Below, one piece after another: positions 1 to 11,499 of a stretch of 64,000 bases of DNA. The stretch is from contig OZ287748.1 in assembly GCA_965649765.1 (NCBI GenBank), positions 99,014,001-99,078,000 on the forward strand, read 5' to 3'. The notes beneath the pieces are model-generated. The model saw nothing but the letters and a program-made list of their open reading frames with translations. It did not search any database and had not been told where the DNA came from. This stretch comes from Bispira polyomma (Eukaryota). Both the position numbers and the translations under genes were made by a program. How positions within the stretch are numbered: position 1 is the first letter of the stretch; each line of letters opens with the position of its first letter.

Positions 1-509
1 GTGTCAGATTTATATTTGTAGGGGTGCCAAGCGGCATTGAGTGTAAAATGTTTGAGTTGTGTGTGCTAGTCAGAGTGTGCGCTGATGCCTTTTTTAAAGA
101 CAACTCTTGTTGTATATTTGTTACGAATATACTGGAACAGTTCCAATTCTTTACTGTTTCATACTACTTAACAGCTTTCAGTAATCCAATAGACTCAATA
201 TCAACGCAGAAAAATGACTTTCTCTTTACTTTTAAACACTAAAGAAAGAAAAATGCCTTCAGCTTACAAGAGCACAGTGTAATATTATACCCACACATAA
301 CACATTGCCAACCACCTGTGTATGGACACTGCAAACACTATATATATACAGCTACTGGCAATCCATTGTGCTTTGCAACTTCTAAATTAACACCAAACAC
401 CAAACCAGCCCAGTTTCTTGGCCTAGGCTTCCAGCCCTTCAGCCCACATGGGCCCTTTTGTTTTATCCCGAAAACAGTGCAGACACTTTCGTGTGTCAGA
501 TGAGATCAG

Positions 510-1201
510 GGGCCGTATTCACTAACGGTCTTAAACTAAGCCAAAACTTAGGCTAAGCCCAGTCTTAAATTTAAGACTTTTGTCTTAGCTAAGTTTTGTC
601 TTAAAATGGTATTCACAAAAGGTGACTTAGCTAAGACTATGTTAAGACAAAAGTCTTAAATTTAAATTGTTCTATTTACAAAAATACAGAATAATATTTA
701 CATTTTTACACACACTAATATACTATACAATTATTTAGGCCTATATAAACTTCCCAGAGTTAAAAAAAATCATTAAATAAGAAATTATTTTCTTTCATTG
801 GACTTAGACTTAAGACTGGCTAAGTCCCCTTCAAAGAATATATGATTAAAAATATGTTAGGAATTATACTACCTTTTATTTAACTCATCACAGGTTACGG
901 TAAGGATTGTTTGTTATTTTATGTCATAATATCAAAGTTAAATGTTTATAGTTTGTTATGCACTGCAAATTTACAATGTTTTATTTATAAAAGTTGTGTA
1001 AAAACCTAAGACTTTTTACTGTAAAGTTAAGCCCACTCCCTACCTGTCTTAAAGTTAAGCCCTTGGCTAAGCTAAAACTTAGGCTTAGCTGTTTTGTGAA
1101 TACCGCTAAGACTAAGGCTTTTGTCTATGTCCTTTTTACCCAAGACAAAAGTCTTAACTTTAAGCCTAAGACTTGGCTAAGTCTGTTAGTGAATACGGCC
1201 C
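510..1201. mobile_element. Non-autonomous Harbinger-like MITE (~690 bp)
   Basis: TIRs GGGCCGTATTCACTAAC (510-526) / GTTAGTGAATACGGCCC (1185-1201); flanked by CAG and CTG; internal CTTAG/CTAAG-rich palindromic subrepeats; no coding capacity. Confidence 0.8.
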
Positions 1202-1329
1202 CTGATGATTTAAAAGCTTCAGATTTTTTTCTTGCCAATTTTGAGGTGTTTTTGTGGAAATGTAATTCCAATGAAATGTGACAGCCAGAAACATATTTTT
1301 ATCGGCTACAAGGGATCATAAATTCGACT

Positions 1330-1730
1330 ACATATCAAGTACCGCATTATGTTCAAGACCCATGTCACTACATACAAAGCTGTCAACTCTTGTCAGACCC
1401 CATATCTTGCCTCATTGCTGTCTTTCAGCAGGCTTACTCGGGGAAACAAAATCTCAGTCTCTAATACTATAACCAATAAACAGATTGGATCCTATGTCTT
1501 CTCTGTTGCAGCACCAAACCAATGGAACAATTTACTAGCCAATATAAGATCATAGGAAACCCTCTCAGGTTTCAGAAGCAACCTTTATACCCATCTCTTC
1601 AGCCTTGCTTATCGTTCTCCATAGACACCTTTCTCCTCCACATCACCTCCCCAATCACAAATCATGGAACTATTATGATTTAAACAACTTTGTCAATCAT
1701 GTTGCACTTTAGAAGATGCCTGGCCTCAAT
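1330..1730 (+). mobile_element. L2/CR1-group LINE 3' fragment with 3' tail
   Basis: Translates ...PYLASLL...FSVAAPNQWNNL... (typical L2 ORF2 C-terminus); degenerate tail GCACTTTAGAAGATGCCTGGC at ~1704-1724 like that of the 29.6-kb LINE. Confidence 0.75.
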
Positions 1731-2198
1731 CTATCTTATATGACAACAAAAGAATCTATAAAATCAACCAACGTCGGCAAAATAGACGTATAGGCTTATT
1801 TATATGGTAGTTTTTCACTTCCAAAGCTGCTAAACACCCTATAACATGTATATAAAAACACGCAAGTACTAGAACGATTTCTGATGACAGTAACAATGAC
1901 ATCCTCTAGGTTATATAGATAGTAAGGCGGCAAGATTGTATAGTATTTACTTGTGATATATCTAAATGTTCTATATTCATTACCTCTGCCAAGGAGGTGA
2001 TGTTTTTACCCAGTTTGTCTGTTTCTCAGCAAGATTACACACCCACATAAACAAATATTACTGAACAAGCTACACATGACATTTGATTAACAGATAGACA
2101 TTGATATGGTGGAAGAATCCAATCCATTTGGAGCAGATAAAAGGGAAACGTTTTGGTGCCTTAGCAGACACATGACCTCTACCCATCTAGATTAAACC

Positions 2199-2508
2199 TA
2201 GACCGAGTTTTTACTGATGTGTGGTTGTTAGCAACAAAGCGGTTAGCATACACAAAAGAAAAACTATCATCTTTCCATTTAGTCTGTAGTTATTTATTCA
2301 CTAATCTACTAGCGGTACACAATATTATAACTTATGGCCAACCTATAACGACTTATTTACATAAATATCAGTATATGAAAATATTTCTGTATATTTCCCA
2401 TTGTATAGTATATATAGTAAATAGCCGCATCAGATTTGTGAAGTATTGCCTATGGTAACCGCTCTGTCCCTTGCCATGCATACTGCCAGTTAATCAAAAC
2501 TCGGTCTA
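2199..2508. mobile_element. 310-bp non-autonomous DNA transposon with 9-bp TSD
   Basis: TIR TAGACCGAGTTTT (2199-2211) / AAAACTCGGTCTA (2496-2508); perfect 9-bp direct repeat GATTAAACC at 2190-2198 and 2509-2517. Confidence 0.85.
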
Positions 2509-2589
2509 GATTAAACCATGTGTTCAGTATCATTTTTCATTAAACTGTGTAGGAGGTATGAGGTTAAACTTCACCAGTTATGTATTACA

Positions 2590-2800
2590 TTGTGGCCTTG
2601 TGAGTTACATGGTTAATTTAGGAATGCAGTGGAGCTGAACTTGAGTCCTGTCTTAGGCTGCCAGGTACAGGCAGGTCAGATGATTACTTAAAATGATAGT
2701 CCTCTGTCACTGGGTCCCATCGCCTGTAACAGGCTTAAGAATCATGGGAACATTCATAAATGGTCAAGAATCTGTCATCTATTTGGGGGAATAAAAGTTA
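2590..2800 (+). mobile_element. Degenerate SINE (same family as 42570-42847)
   Basis: GATGATTACTAAAATGATAGTCCTCTGTCACTGGGTCCC...ATAAATGGTCA matches the reverse complement of the 42.6-42.8 kb SINE body. Confidence 0.5.
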
Positions 2801-2899
2801 CTTACTAAGTCTGTATCACAGAAACCCAGCAGATAATGTATCAATTTCATGCATCATCCAGAACATACAGTTTCCAAGTGTTTCCTTTTGGAAATAAAT

Positions 2900-4616
2900 T
2901 TTCTCACAACGAATTGACATTACTCGACACTTTTGGGTTCTCACAGTTTATCTCCGCTTCAACCCACATCCACAATAACATACTCGATCTTTGTAATCGC
3001 AAGACTAAATTCAAATCTCATCAGAGAATCATGGGTAACTGATGGGATTTCAGATCACCTAGCAACCTTTGCCTATTTAAATTTACCAATACCTGCCTCA
3101 CATAAACCTTGTGTCATAAAATACAGAAACATCAGAAAAATCCATATAAACAAATTTAGAGACGATATTCTGGAAACTAACCTCATCAAACATTCATGCA
3201 AAAATGCTGAAAGCCTAAGCTTACAATATAACCACTGCCTTTCTACTATCCTTGAAAAACAGGCACCATGGGTATCTAAAACCCTTCCTCCAACCAACCC
3301 CCATGAATGGACCAACGCTGCCAGTACCAGAGGCCAAAAGACGCAAATGCCAACTTGAGCGTCAATGGCAACGCACAAAATCCTCCTTAGACAGAAGCCG
3401 TTACCGTATCGCCACAAATAATTACAACAGGCTAATAGCTGATGCCAAAAAGCAACATTACGACTCCGTCATCAATGAAAATTGGGATAATCCCAAAAGG
3501 TTATGGGCCTCCATAAACAAAATTCTACATCAAACATCAGAAAAAGTTCTCCCCATAAACCACTGCCTTACTTTTTTAGCCGAAAAATTTGGAAAATTTT
3601 TCATAGAAAAAATCAGCAACATTTGTGACACCTTCCCAACGATACATCATTTCAATCCTCCAGCCCCAGGATATAAGGTTTGTAACCTGTTTCATTTCAG
3701 TACACTGTCAGAGCTTGAAATTCTGAAACTCATTAAATCCTCTACTATTAAATCTTGTAAATTAGATACCATCCCAGCAGTTATTCTAAGTCAATGTCTA
3801 GACATTCTAGTCACACCCATAACAAACATATTAAATTTTTCTCTTCGGGACGGTGTTTTTCCCACCTGTTTCAAGACGGCAAATGTAACTCCCTTGATTA
3901 AAAAAAAAGGGCTTGATAAAAACCAACTCAAAAACTACAGACCAGTATCAAACCTAAGCTTTATCTCAAAAGTTATCGAGAAAGCTGTAGCTCAACAAAT
4001 TTCTGACCACCTGAATAGACAAAACATTGAAAATCGCCACCAGTCTGCTTATAGAAAATTTCACTCTACAGAAAGTGCTCTTTTTTCCATTAGCAATGAT
4101 ATCAATCTTGCACTAGACCGCAACGACACAGTGGCCCTCACCCTTCTGGATCTCTCAGCTGCATTCGACACCCTTGATCATGTCCTGCTCTGCGACACTC
4201 TCAAGCAGTGGTTTGGTATAAATGGCAGTGTCCTTAAATGGATCAGATCCTACCTTACTCTTAGGGCACAAAGAATTAAATTAGATGATCACCTATCCAC
4301 TGTCATCAATAAACACAGTATCAAACACCACATGTCTATCTCTCTCTCAATCCACAAAATGCAAATACTAACATAGACCTACTTGCAGACTGTCTGTCTG
4401 ACGTCCAGGCGTGGATGAACTACTCCAAATTAAAACTTAATCCTGACAAACCAGAATTCATCCTCATAGGAAACAAGAAAAACAGTGAACTCCCAAAATC
4501 TCTGTTTCCCATCTCCCTGCTGGGAAAAGACATACTACCTTCCAAAAATGCTAAAAACCTGGGTGTCACTTTCGATTCAGCTTTTTCGTTTGATACTCAT
4601 ATTGCCAACATCTGTC
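2900..4616 (+). pseudogene. L2/CR1-group LINE ORF2 remnant (APE endonuclease C-terminus + RT), internally deleted
   Basis: ISDH endonuclease motif (ORF 2933-3358); NYRPVSNLSFISK, QSAYRK, LLDLSAAFD (ORF 3252-4376); KLNPDK; highly similar to the 29.6-31.7 kb copy; ends abruptly at 4616. Confidence 0.92.
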
Positions 4617-5601
4617 CCCCACTATTACTCACTATACCCACGGATTTGAATGCCCTCTGGGTGAACCTCTGTCTGATCCTGTCAATTTCACTGAGATTGT
4701 CCCACTTGACAGAGCCCCTTTTTATTTCCGACAGCACTGCTGCATGCGCGCGCTTGGCTGTGGGCCACGACAGGTCCATAGCATCTTGCATTAGCAAGTA
4801 TTGATATTGCATCATATTCTCGCGTACCTTCTCATCCGGTTCCTGGACGACGCATCGAGCAAAACCCTGGACCCATTGAAATATTGTTAGCTCTTCATAT
4901 GTTGGTAGCTTCATATTGTCGTTCAGGTGGCAGTGCTCGTGGGGCCAGAAGACAGCGACACATACTCTCTGGTCACCCAACCGATATTGACCTGACTTAA
5001 TTCCCCTCTTTTTCACAATACCTGAAATCTCCTCCCGTGACATGTCGTCATATAGGCGTAGCCATCTGTCGACTTCATCCTGGACGTCAGAGTCTAAACG
5101 TAGAAAGTCCAACGTTGGCAGCTTCTGCACTGGAGATGCCTCCCGACGACGGCGTTCCTTATTGGCAACCGGTCCCTTGTGAGCTTTGGGTGAGCTATGG
5201 GCCGAGGGCCTGGAGACAATAGAGAAACAACTTTCTGCACATTTTTCTTGGCGACTAACCCGTTGCTCTAGGTCTGTGAATCTGTCTAGCACCTGATCCA
5301 GCTTGTCTATAACATCAGTATTGCGCAGTTTTGTTGTCTTCTTCTTTGGTGGTTTTACAGTTGCTTCTTCTTGCGATTGGGTGTCTTCTGCTGGTCCCTC
5401 GGACGTCATATTGGGCCTTACTTGAGGGGCAGTCGATGGACCTGGTTCCCCTACTTTGGCTGCTTCTGAATCCGTGGAGGACACAGAGTGATCTATTCTT
5501 TTGCATGTACACAATTCTCCTATTGGGCCTGTGTGCATGGATCTACATGCAAAGCATCTCTCCCTTGTTTTACTCCTGGTATTATGTATCCTAGGTCCCA
5601 T
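4617..5601 (-). CDS. DIRS-type retrotransposon gag-like ORF1 (3'-truncated by LINE junction)
   Basis: N-terminal CxxCxxxHxxPxGxxC knuckle (CFACRSMHTGPIGELC), coiled coil, WPH...YEELTIFQWVQGF...LMQDA...W; the same motifs lie upstream of DIRS RT/RNase H/YR at 59.3-60.2 kb. Confidence 0.75.
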
Positions 5602-6107
5602 GTTGTGGCTATGTCAATTGGGACTATCATACAGTGAACACGTGTGTAAATAAAACAGTTTTTGTGTAAAAGGCAAACCTAAAACCAACTTAGTAAAATT
5701 GTGTATATGTCCAGAGAATTAAAACTTTGATAATATCCAATTTTTTACTTGTACACCCACCAAATTTAATTTCAGAATAAAGGATTTGGGGGGATTGTTT
5801 ACCAGAATGCTTGGCTTTTGGCAGGAAAACATTGTGTCCCTTAATTGGGTTCTTAATGAATTGTTTGCCACATGTGTACCCCCTTTGGGTGACATTTATT
5901 GGTAAATAATTGACCTATGCATTTGTAATGTTTACAATATGTGTCTCCTGTTCTGGTTGACACTCATTTGATAAGAGAAACAAATTCAGCTATAAAGTCC
6001 TCATGTCCTCATCTTAGGCAACTGATAACTAACGCTGCCTACCCCCGCATTCAACCTAATTTTGGGTATATAAATCACTTTATGACTTGTAACCCTTCAG
6101 TTGTGAA

Positions 6108-6969
6108 GTAGAGGGAGACATGCAGGCAACTACAATAAATAAAATATATTTTCTCGTGCAATAAATCATTAGCTTAAAAAAAACAATCTAGGAATGGTTT
6201 GTATGAGATAATGTAAAGAATGCAATGAGGGGGCTATTCACTAGTCACTTATCAACACTTTTTGAGCATAGAAGTACATGCAAATTTATAAATGTTTTTA
6301 TATAGATATGTGAATATATTATCTTACACTCGTGTTCACACATTTAGTCACACTTTTAATACAAAGTCCCGGTAAAACACTTAATTTAAATCGATCATTT
6401 CCTATTAATATATTTTTGTGTCAATGTTGTAGGTGTTAATTTTTACCATTTTTTTTAAATTTTGTAAACCAGTTACACCAAACTTTTGTAAGTTACAACA
6501 CTTGCGCTACTAGCCCCGGTTCCACTGGCTGTCCCGTTAGAATTCGTTTAAAAAATCAATTTGCATAGGTTTTGCATGGAATTTGTTGGGTTTAACATAA
6601 TGGTACATAAACTGACATGGGAGATGTTACGCAAGAAATTACAAATTTAAACTGTTAAAAATTTGGACATGCAAATGATGTAGCGTGGTTCATTTGTGTA
6701 TTACACAGTCACGCGCAAACTGGTGGAACTATAAATTTGATATTGGTTTGCCGGCAAAGGCGATCACAAAAAGTGTATTTTTTAATTGCATCAGATAAAC
6801 CAGATACAACAATACTAAGTGTGTGACCCTGTTTGGACCATTTAGTTCACACCATTGGGTATTTCCACAGTGTTTGTGCTTATTCTCATTATAATATGAG
6901 CAAGGCATGGCCTTTGTGGCCTTATTTGTAGTTTGTTTAACACGCTTGCTATGGATCTCCCCCGTTCCG
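6108..6969. repeat. Dispersed repeat, copy 1 (probable non-autonomous DNA transposon)
   Basis: Colinear with 43244-44119 (TAGAGGGAGACA...AAATCATTAGCTTAAAAAA...GCAATGAGGGGGCTATTCA...CAATACTAAGTGTGTGACCC...ATATGAGCAAGGCATGG). Confidence 0.8.
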
Positions 6970-7079
6970 TTTGACATAACATTTTGAAAATGTTTGGATG
7001 ACGAAAACAAACTTCGGAGACAGGTGACGGAAGCCAAAACGGATAGGTATATAGGCCCTTTAGAGATATTACATAATCT

Positions 7080-7380
7080 TAACATAAATCCCCTAATATC
7101 GGCGTTTTTCTTTTCTTGCATGGTGCAGCAAAAGCCAGTCACCCATTGTGTCAAATTTAGCAGATTATAAGTAATTTTGTCCTTACTTTGGCCAGCCAGG
7201 ACAAATAAATGTGGCCATGTTACCCTTTTTTTTTTTTGTGATTTAATTTTATCTGTACCTATATCGCTTATTTCTGCTATCTGCTTGAGCCAGCATTCAA
7301 CCTTTCGTTGAATTCTAGACTCCGCCAAGTGAGGGAAGAATATTTGGTGTATCCATATTGGTGTATTCACCGCCATAGTT
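7080..7380 (-). pseudogene. DIRS gag-like fragment
   Basis: KIKSQ...WPHLFVLAG...YNLLNLTQWVTGF, homologous to 4617-5601 and 60044-60241. Confidence 0.7.
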
Positions 7381-7459
7381 GTCTGTGTTACCAGTACTCA
7401 CTAATGTGTTCTAAGGTGTCTTTTTTTTCTACAGCTAGGCGGATTAACAGCAACAGTTG

Positions 7460-7600
7460 ATCAGCATTCACAAATATTCTTAATCTTAGAATTACTCTTA
7501 TTCTTAAAATATTTTTCAATCTAAGAATCTTTTTTTAAGAAACATTCTAAGACTAACTGTAATTCTAAGAATAAGAATCATTGTCAATACCAGCCAAGTT
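7460..7600. repeat. Small degenerate MITE remnant with TTCTTA/TAAGAA subrepeats
   Basis: CATTCACAAATATTCTTAATCTTAG... and ...TAAGAATCATTGTCAATACC form an imperfect inverted pair. Confidence 0.4.
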
Positions 7601-8797
7601 CTGATTCTGGATTTTTTTAAACTAAATACTTTGCAGAAGTTTTTTTGGGGGTGGCTTTGTTACTTTGAAGCGCATTAAGTTTATTACCAATGTTCTTTAC
7701 TTGGTCCAAAATCCTTGATTGACCTTGTTCTGTGCATCAATGGTGTCTTTTTAAAGTACCTGTTTTTTACATCCCTGTTAGATAGATTTTTGTTTGTGCT
7801 TGTTCCATTATGCCGTGGTCACACTGAGCTTACGTTTCGCTTACGCCCAAAAAAATGGCAAACGCAACAGCTGCGTAAGTGTTTGCGTACCATACAAAAA
7901 ATACATATGTAAAAGACCAAAATTGAAAATTTTGGGGAAGTTTTCAAAAGCGTCTTCTTTTTGGACTGCTCGAAATTTCTTACATTTTTGAGATTTTGGC
8001 CATTTGCGGAATAAACGGCTTTAAAACGTAATTGAAACAAAATCAAAGCGTATTTTGCATAATTTGACATGATGGAAGATTTTCAAGACGGATGGGTCAT
8101 TTATTACACATTGCATCCATTTTTACAGCCGTTTTTGTCCAAAAATCAATGTTTACGTTTGACCCGTTTTGATTAGGTACATCAAGCACACCCTGTTCGA
8201 TATTTCGTTCAACCCGCATGCAATTTCGTTCAACTTGTTTATCAAGCCGTTTACTTATTTTCATTACGTTCACTACGCTTCCATTTCGTTCACCACACTC
8301 TTACTTTGTTTGATTCGCTTGTGACCCCACAATTTCGATGTTTATTTTAATGTGAAGTATGCGGGTGCTTTCGTCATTCGCTCAATACTTCATCTAATGC
8401 GTCATACGCTACCAGGAGGCATCATGCTCTTGCATCATTCGAAATTCACAGTTCATTGTGCACAGATGTGTTTGCAAGTTTTAGAAAGTTTATAACAGTA
8501 TTGTCCCCCATTTGCAAAATGGGTAGCGTTACTACAAAGAGGAAAGCATCACTTTTACCTTCGCTACAGCCAGAGGACAAAATTGTGAAAGAGACTCAGA
8601 TTGACACTCAGATTAACAGTCAGGTGGATATTATCACACAAGATAAGGAACTTCCAGATCTTTCCCAGAGCCAGACCAAGACACTTGCAAAGAATTGGAG
8701 CTAGCTAGTGAAATTGACCCACACACAGGAGGAGGATCTGTTGGATTGGTTGAAGGAAACACCGGACTTGTGGTCATGGGAGCTGAGTATGTATGCA

Positions 8798-9380
8798 TAG
8801 ATTGATGTCGGGAAAAGTGTTAGATATTATATGTCATTTTATATGTAATTTTATATGTCATTGTTTCCTATTTTAATTAATGTAGCCCCTCTATTATCTG
8901 GCCATAGTGAGGGAGTAGAGTTTTGTTTGGATAATTAGATTGATGTGGGGAAATGTGTGAGAGAATATATTGCTATTATATGTCATTTATATGTCATTTT
9001 ATATGTCATTGTTCCCTCATTTTAATTAATGTAGCCCCTCTATTATCCGACTATAGTGAGGGAGTGGGGTCTTGTTTGGATAATCAGATTGATGTTTGTG
9101 GATAATGTGTTTAGAGATTATCGTGATATGATATCTCATTTTAATTCATTAATTAATCTAGGCCCTCTATTATCCGACCATGGTGAGGGAGTGGGGTCTT
9201 GTTTGGATAATCAGATTGATGTTTGTGGATAATGTGTATGGAGATTATCGTGATATGATATCTCATTTTAATTCATTAATTAATCTAGGCCCTCTATTAT
9301 CCGACCATGGTGAGGGAGTGGGGTCTTGTTTGGATAATCAGATTGATGTTTGGGAATAATGTGTTTGCAGATTATCTTGA
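8798..9380. repeat. Intronic tandem repeat, ~128-150 bp unit, ~4.5 copies
   Basis: Recurrent GCCCTCTATTATCCGACCATGGTGAGGGAGTGGGGTCTTGTTTGGATAATCAGATTGATG. Confidence 0.9.
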
Positions 9381-10000
9381 TAGCATCTTTCATTGCATCT
9401 TTTTCTCTATAGGGGAACAATTGCTGCAGTGGTGGACCAATCTTCGCAACATCTATGGCCGCAATACAGACATTCCCGCCTCTAGATCTGCGCCTGCGAA
9501 ACACACGTTGAGGGTGAATTGGGTTCTTGGAAAGTGTGCCTTCCTGAGTGGCAACATCGGGTGGATGACAAAGAGGAAGAACACTCTCTTGAAGTACGAC
9601 CGTACCAAGTTGTGGGTCAGTCCATCAGCAGCCAAGCAATCCACTAAGCAATCCACTGAGCAACTAAATGAGGCATGCAGTCAATCAGGATCCTTGGATG
9701 ATGTGCAAGAGCAGGATGAACGCACCCCAGATTCTCAGTTGTCAAGATCTAGTTCGCAAACACCCAAAGGGTCAGGTGCACGCAGCTCTATAAGTGAATC
9801 AATCAGTGGTAAGCTATTGCAACAGCTGAATGACACTACACACCTGCAGCTACAGATGAGTGACTACTTCAAGGAGGTCAGTAGCAGGCAAACTGGTCGC
9901 TGTCATCAATTTTTTTAACATATTATGTACAGATGCTGAAGTCATCGAGGATGGCTACTGGTTAGACTGCAAAAAAGACTTGTTAGCTGTGGTTTATAGG

Positions 10001-10200
10001 TATTGTATTGTACATTTTTAATGCGCCTTATTGATGCTAGGCATCTTCTAAGGTGCAACATCAGAATCAATCAGCCAATAGAAAAATCGAAAACATAGCC
10101 AGGTTGTAAGGATGGATGCGTCAGCGCCCAGGGAGAGGACTACGGCGGATAGGTGAGCCTGAAGAGATAGGTTTTAAGCTTTCTCCTAAAACCAGACGTC
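10001..10200 (-). mobile_element. Short L2-type LINE 3' end inserted in the Harbinger MADF gene
   Basis: Minus strand FRRKLKTYLF, tail stem-loop homologous to 29662-29695, (ACAAT)n terminus. Confidence 0.8.
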
Positions 10201-10429
10201 CCCCTGGCCGTCTAAATTTCCATGATCATCGGCCAGTGCAACCTTGTCTAGCTTTTTAAAGGCCAGCGGAATTGTCAAAGTGAACGAGTGTTTTTTAGAG
10301 CCAGCCTCACCAGGCTGGCCTTTCATGGACGTGTCACCCGTGGACATGTCTATGTTATGTTCTACCTCTACCCCAGCTTCAGGCATGTTAAAGGATAATT
10401 CCTTGTTGGACACCCCTGCTCAGCCTGAT

Positions 10430-10700
10430 ATTGTGTCTACTTTCTGCACTACTGATGTTGTGTCTACTTTCTCCAATACGTGGGCCTAGTGTGTCTGCTT
10501 TTTCTAATGCTGGTGGTCTGCCTATTGTGTCTACTTTCGGCAATACTGGTGTTGTGCCTCATGTGTCTACTTTCTCCAATACTGGTGGTTTGCCTCGTGT
10601 GTCTCCTGTCTCCAATGCTGGTGGTGTACCTCGTGTGTGTCCTTTCTCCAATGATGGTGTTGTGCCTCGTGTATCTGCTTTCTCCAATGCTGATGTTGGG
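10430..10700 (+). repeat. Tandem repeat with mostly 39-bp units (~7-8 copies; VSTFSNTGGLPRV-like)
   Basis: Unit GTGTCTACTTTCTCCAATACTGGTGGTTTGCCTC..; ORF 10431-10853 reads through. Confidence 0.85.
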
Positions 10701-11499
10701 CAAGTCTTCCTAAATACTGAACTAGAACATTCTAACGTTGTTCAAGGTCAATCAGCAGTTGGAGTAGCCAATCAGGTGGGAGATGTACCAGCAGCAGCAG
10801 ACAACCCTGACATCATCTCTATTGAAAAGTTGCACCACAGTGGCCAGATTTAGTGGTTTGTCATTATTAATCTAGTCCTAATTATATCTTTATATTATTT
10901 TTGGGTCATAATTATTGGTTTATATTTATAACAATAATGTTATAGTATTTAATGTTTTAAGTATCTGAGCAAGTAATGGTAAAATTATTGGACTTGTTAT
11001 TACACCAGGCTTTTAAAAAAACAAATAACCTCTAGTGCCAAGTTTAGTCGTCTGTGAACTTACAATATGTCATAGTTCTAATGATATAGTTATATGGTTT
11101 TTGTTATTGGGTATATTAAGTTGAACTGATGAAGCAGTAACATAATTGCTGAATAACATAATTGAATGACATTATTGAATTAACATTACTGCATAGACAT
11201 TTATAAAGATTTTTCCATGAAATTATTAATAGAAATTATCAATTAAAATTTAACATTATTGAACAATATTGTAAATAAACTTTTTCTATTCCATTCTTGA
11301 ATAATATTATGATTGAAATTAATGCATTTTCAATCATATTGATCAAGTAAAATCTTATTCGGATAATTTGATTGATGTGGGAAATTTGTACATTTCAGGG
11401 CTCCTCTAGAATCAGGTTTCTAATTTAAAACAATTTCTCAATTCCATTCTCAAACAAAGTTATAAATTAAATGAAACATTATTACATCAATTTTTTTAA

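Larger units (their letters stand above)
8519..10853 (+). pseudogene. Harbinger Myb/SANT(MADF)-like DNA-binding protein gene, disrupted
   Basis: LTHTQEEDLLDWLKETPDLW (8714-8773); intron filled with tandem repeat; acceptor TTTTCTCTATAG ~9412 then GEQLLQWWTNLRNIYGR; Ser/Gln-rich linker; stops/frameshifts and LINE-tail insertion. Confidence 0.7.

Noticed and set aside
6729-7376. 215-aa ORF as a real gene
   Set aside because: Chimeric: the first ~100 aa are DIRS gag and the remainder reads through a non-coding dispersed repeat.
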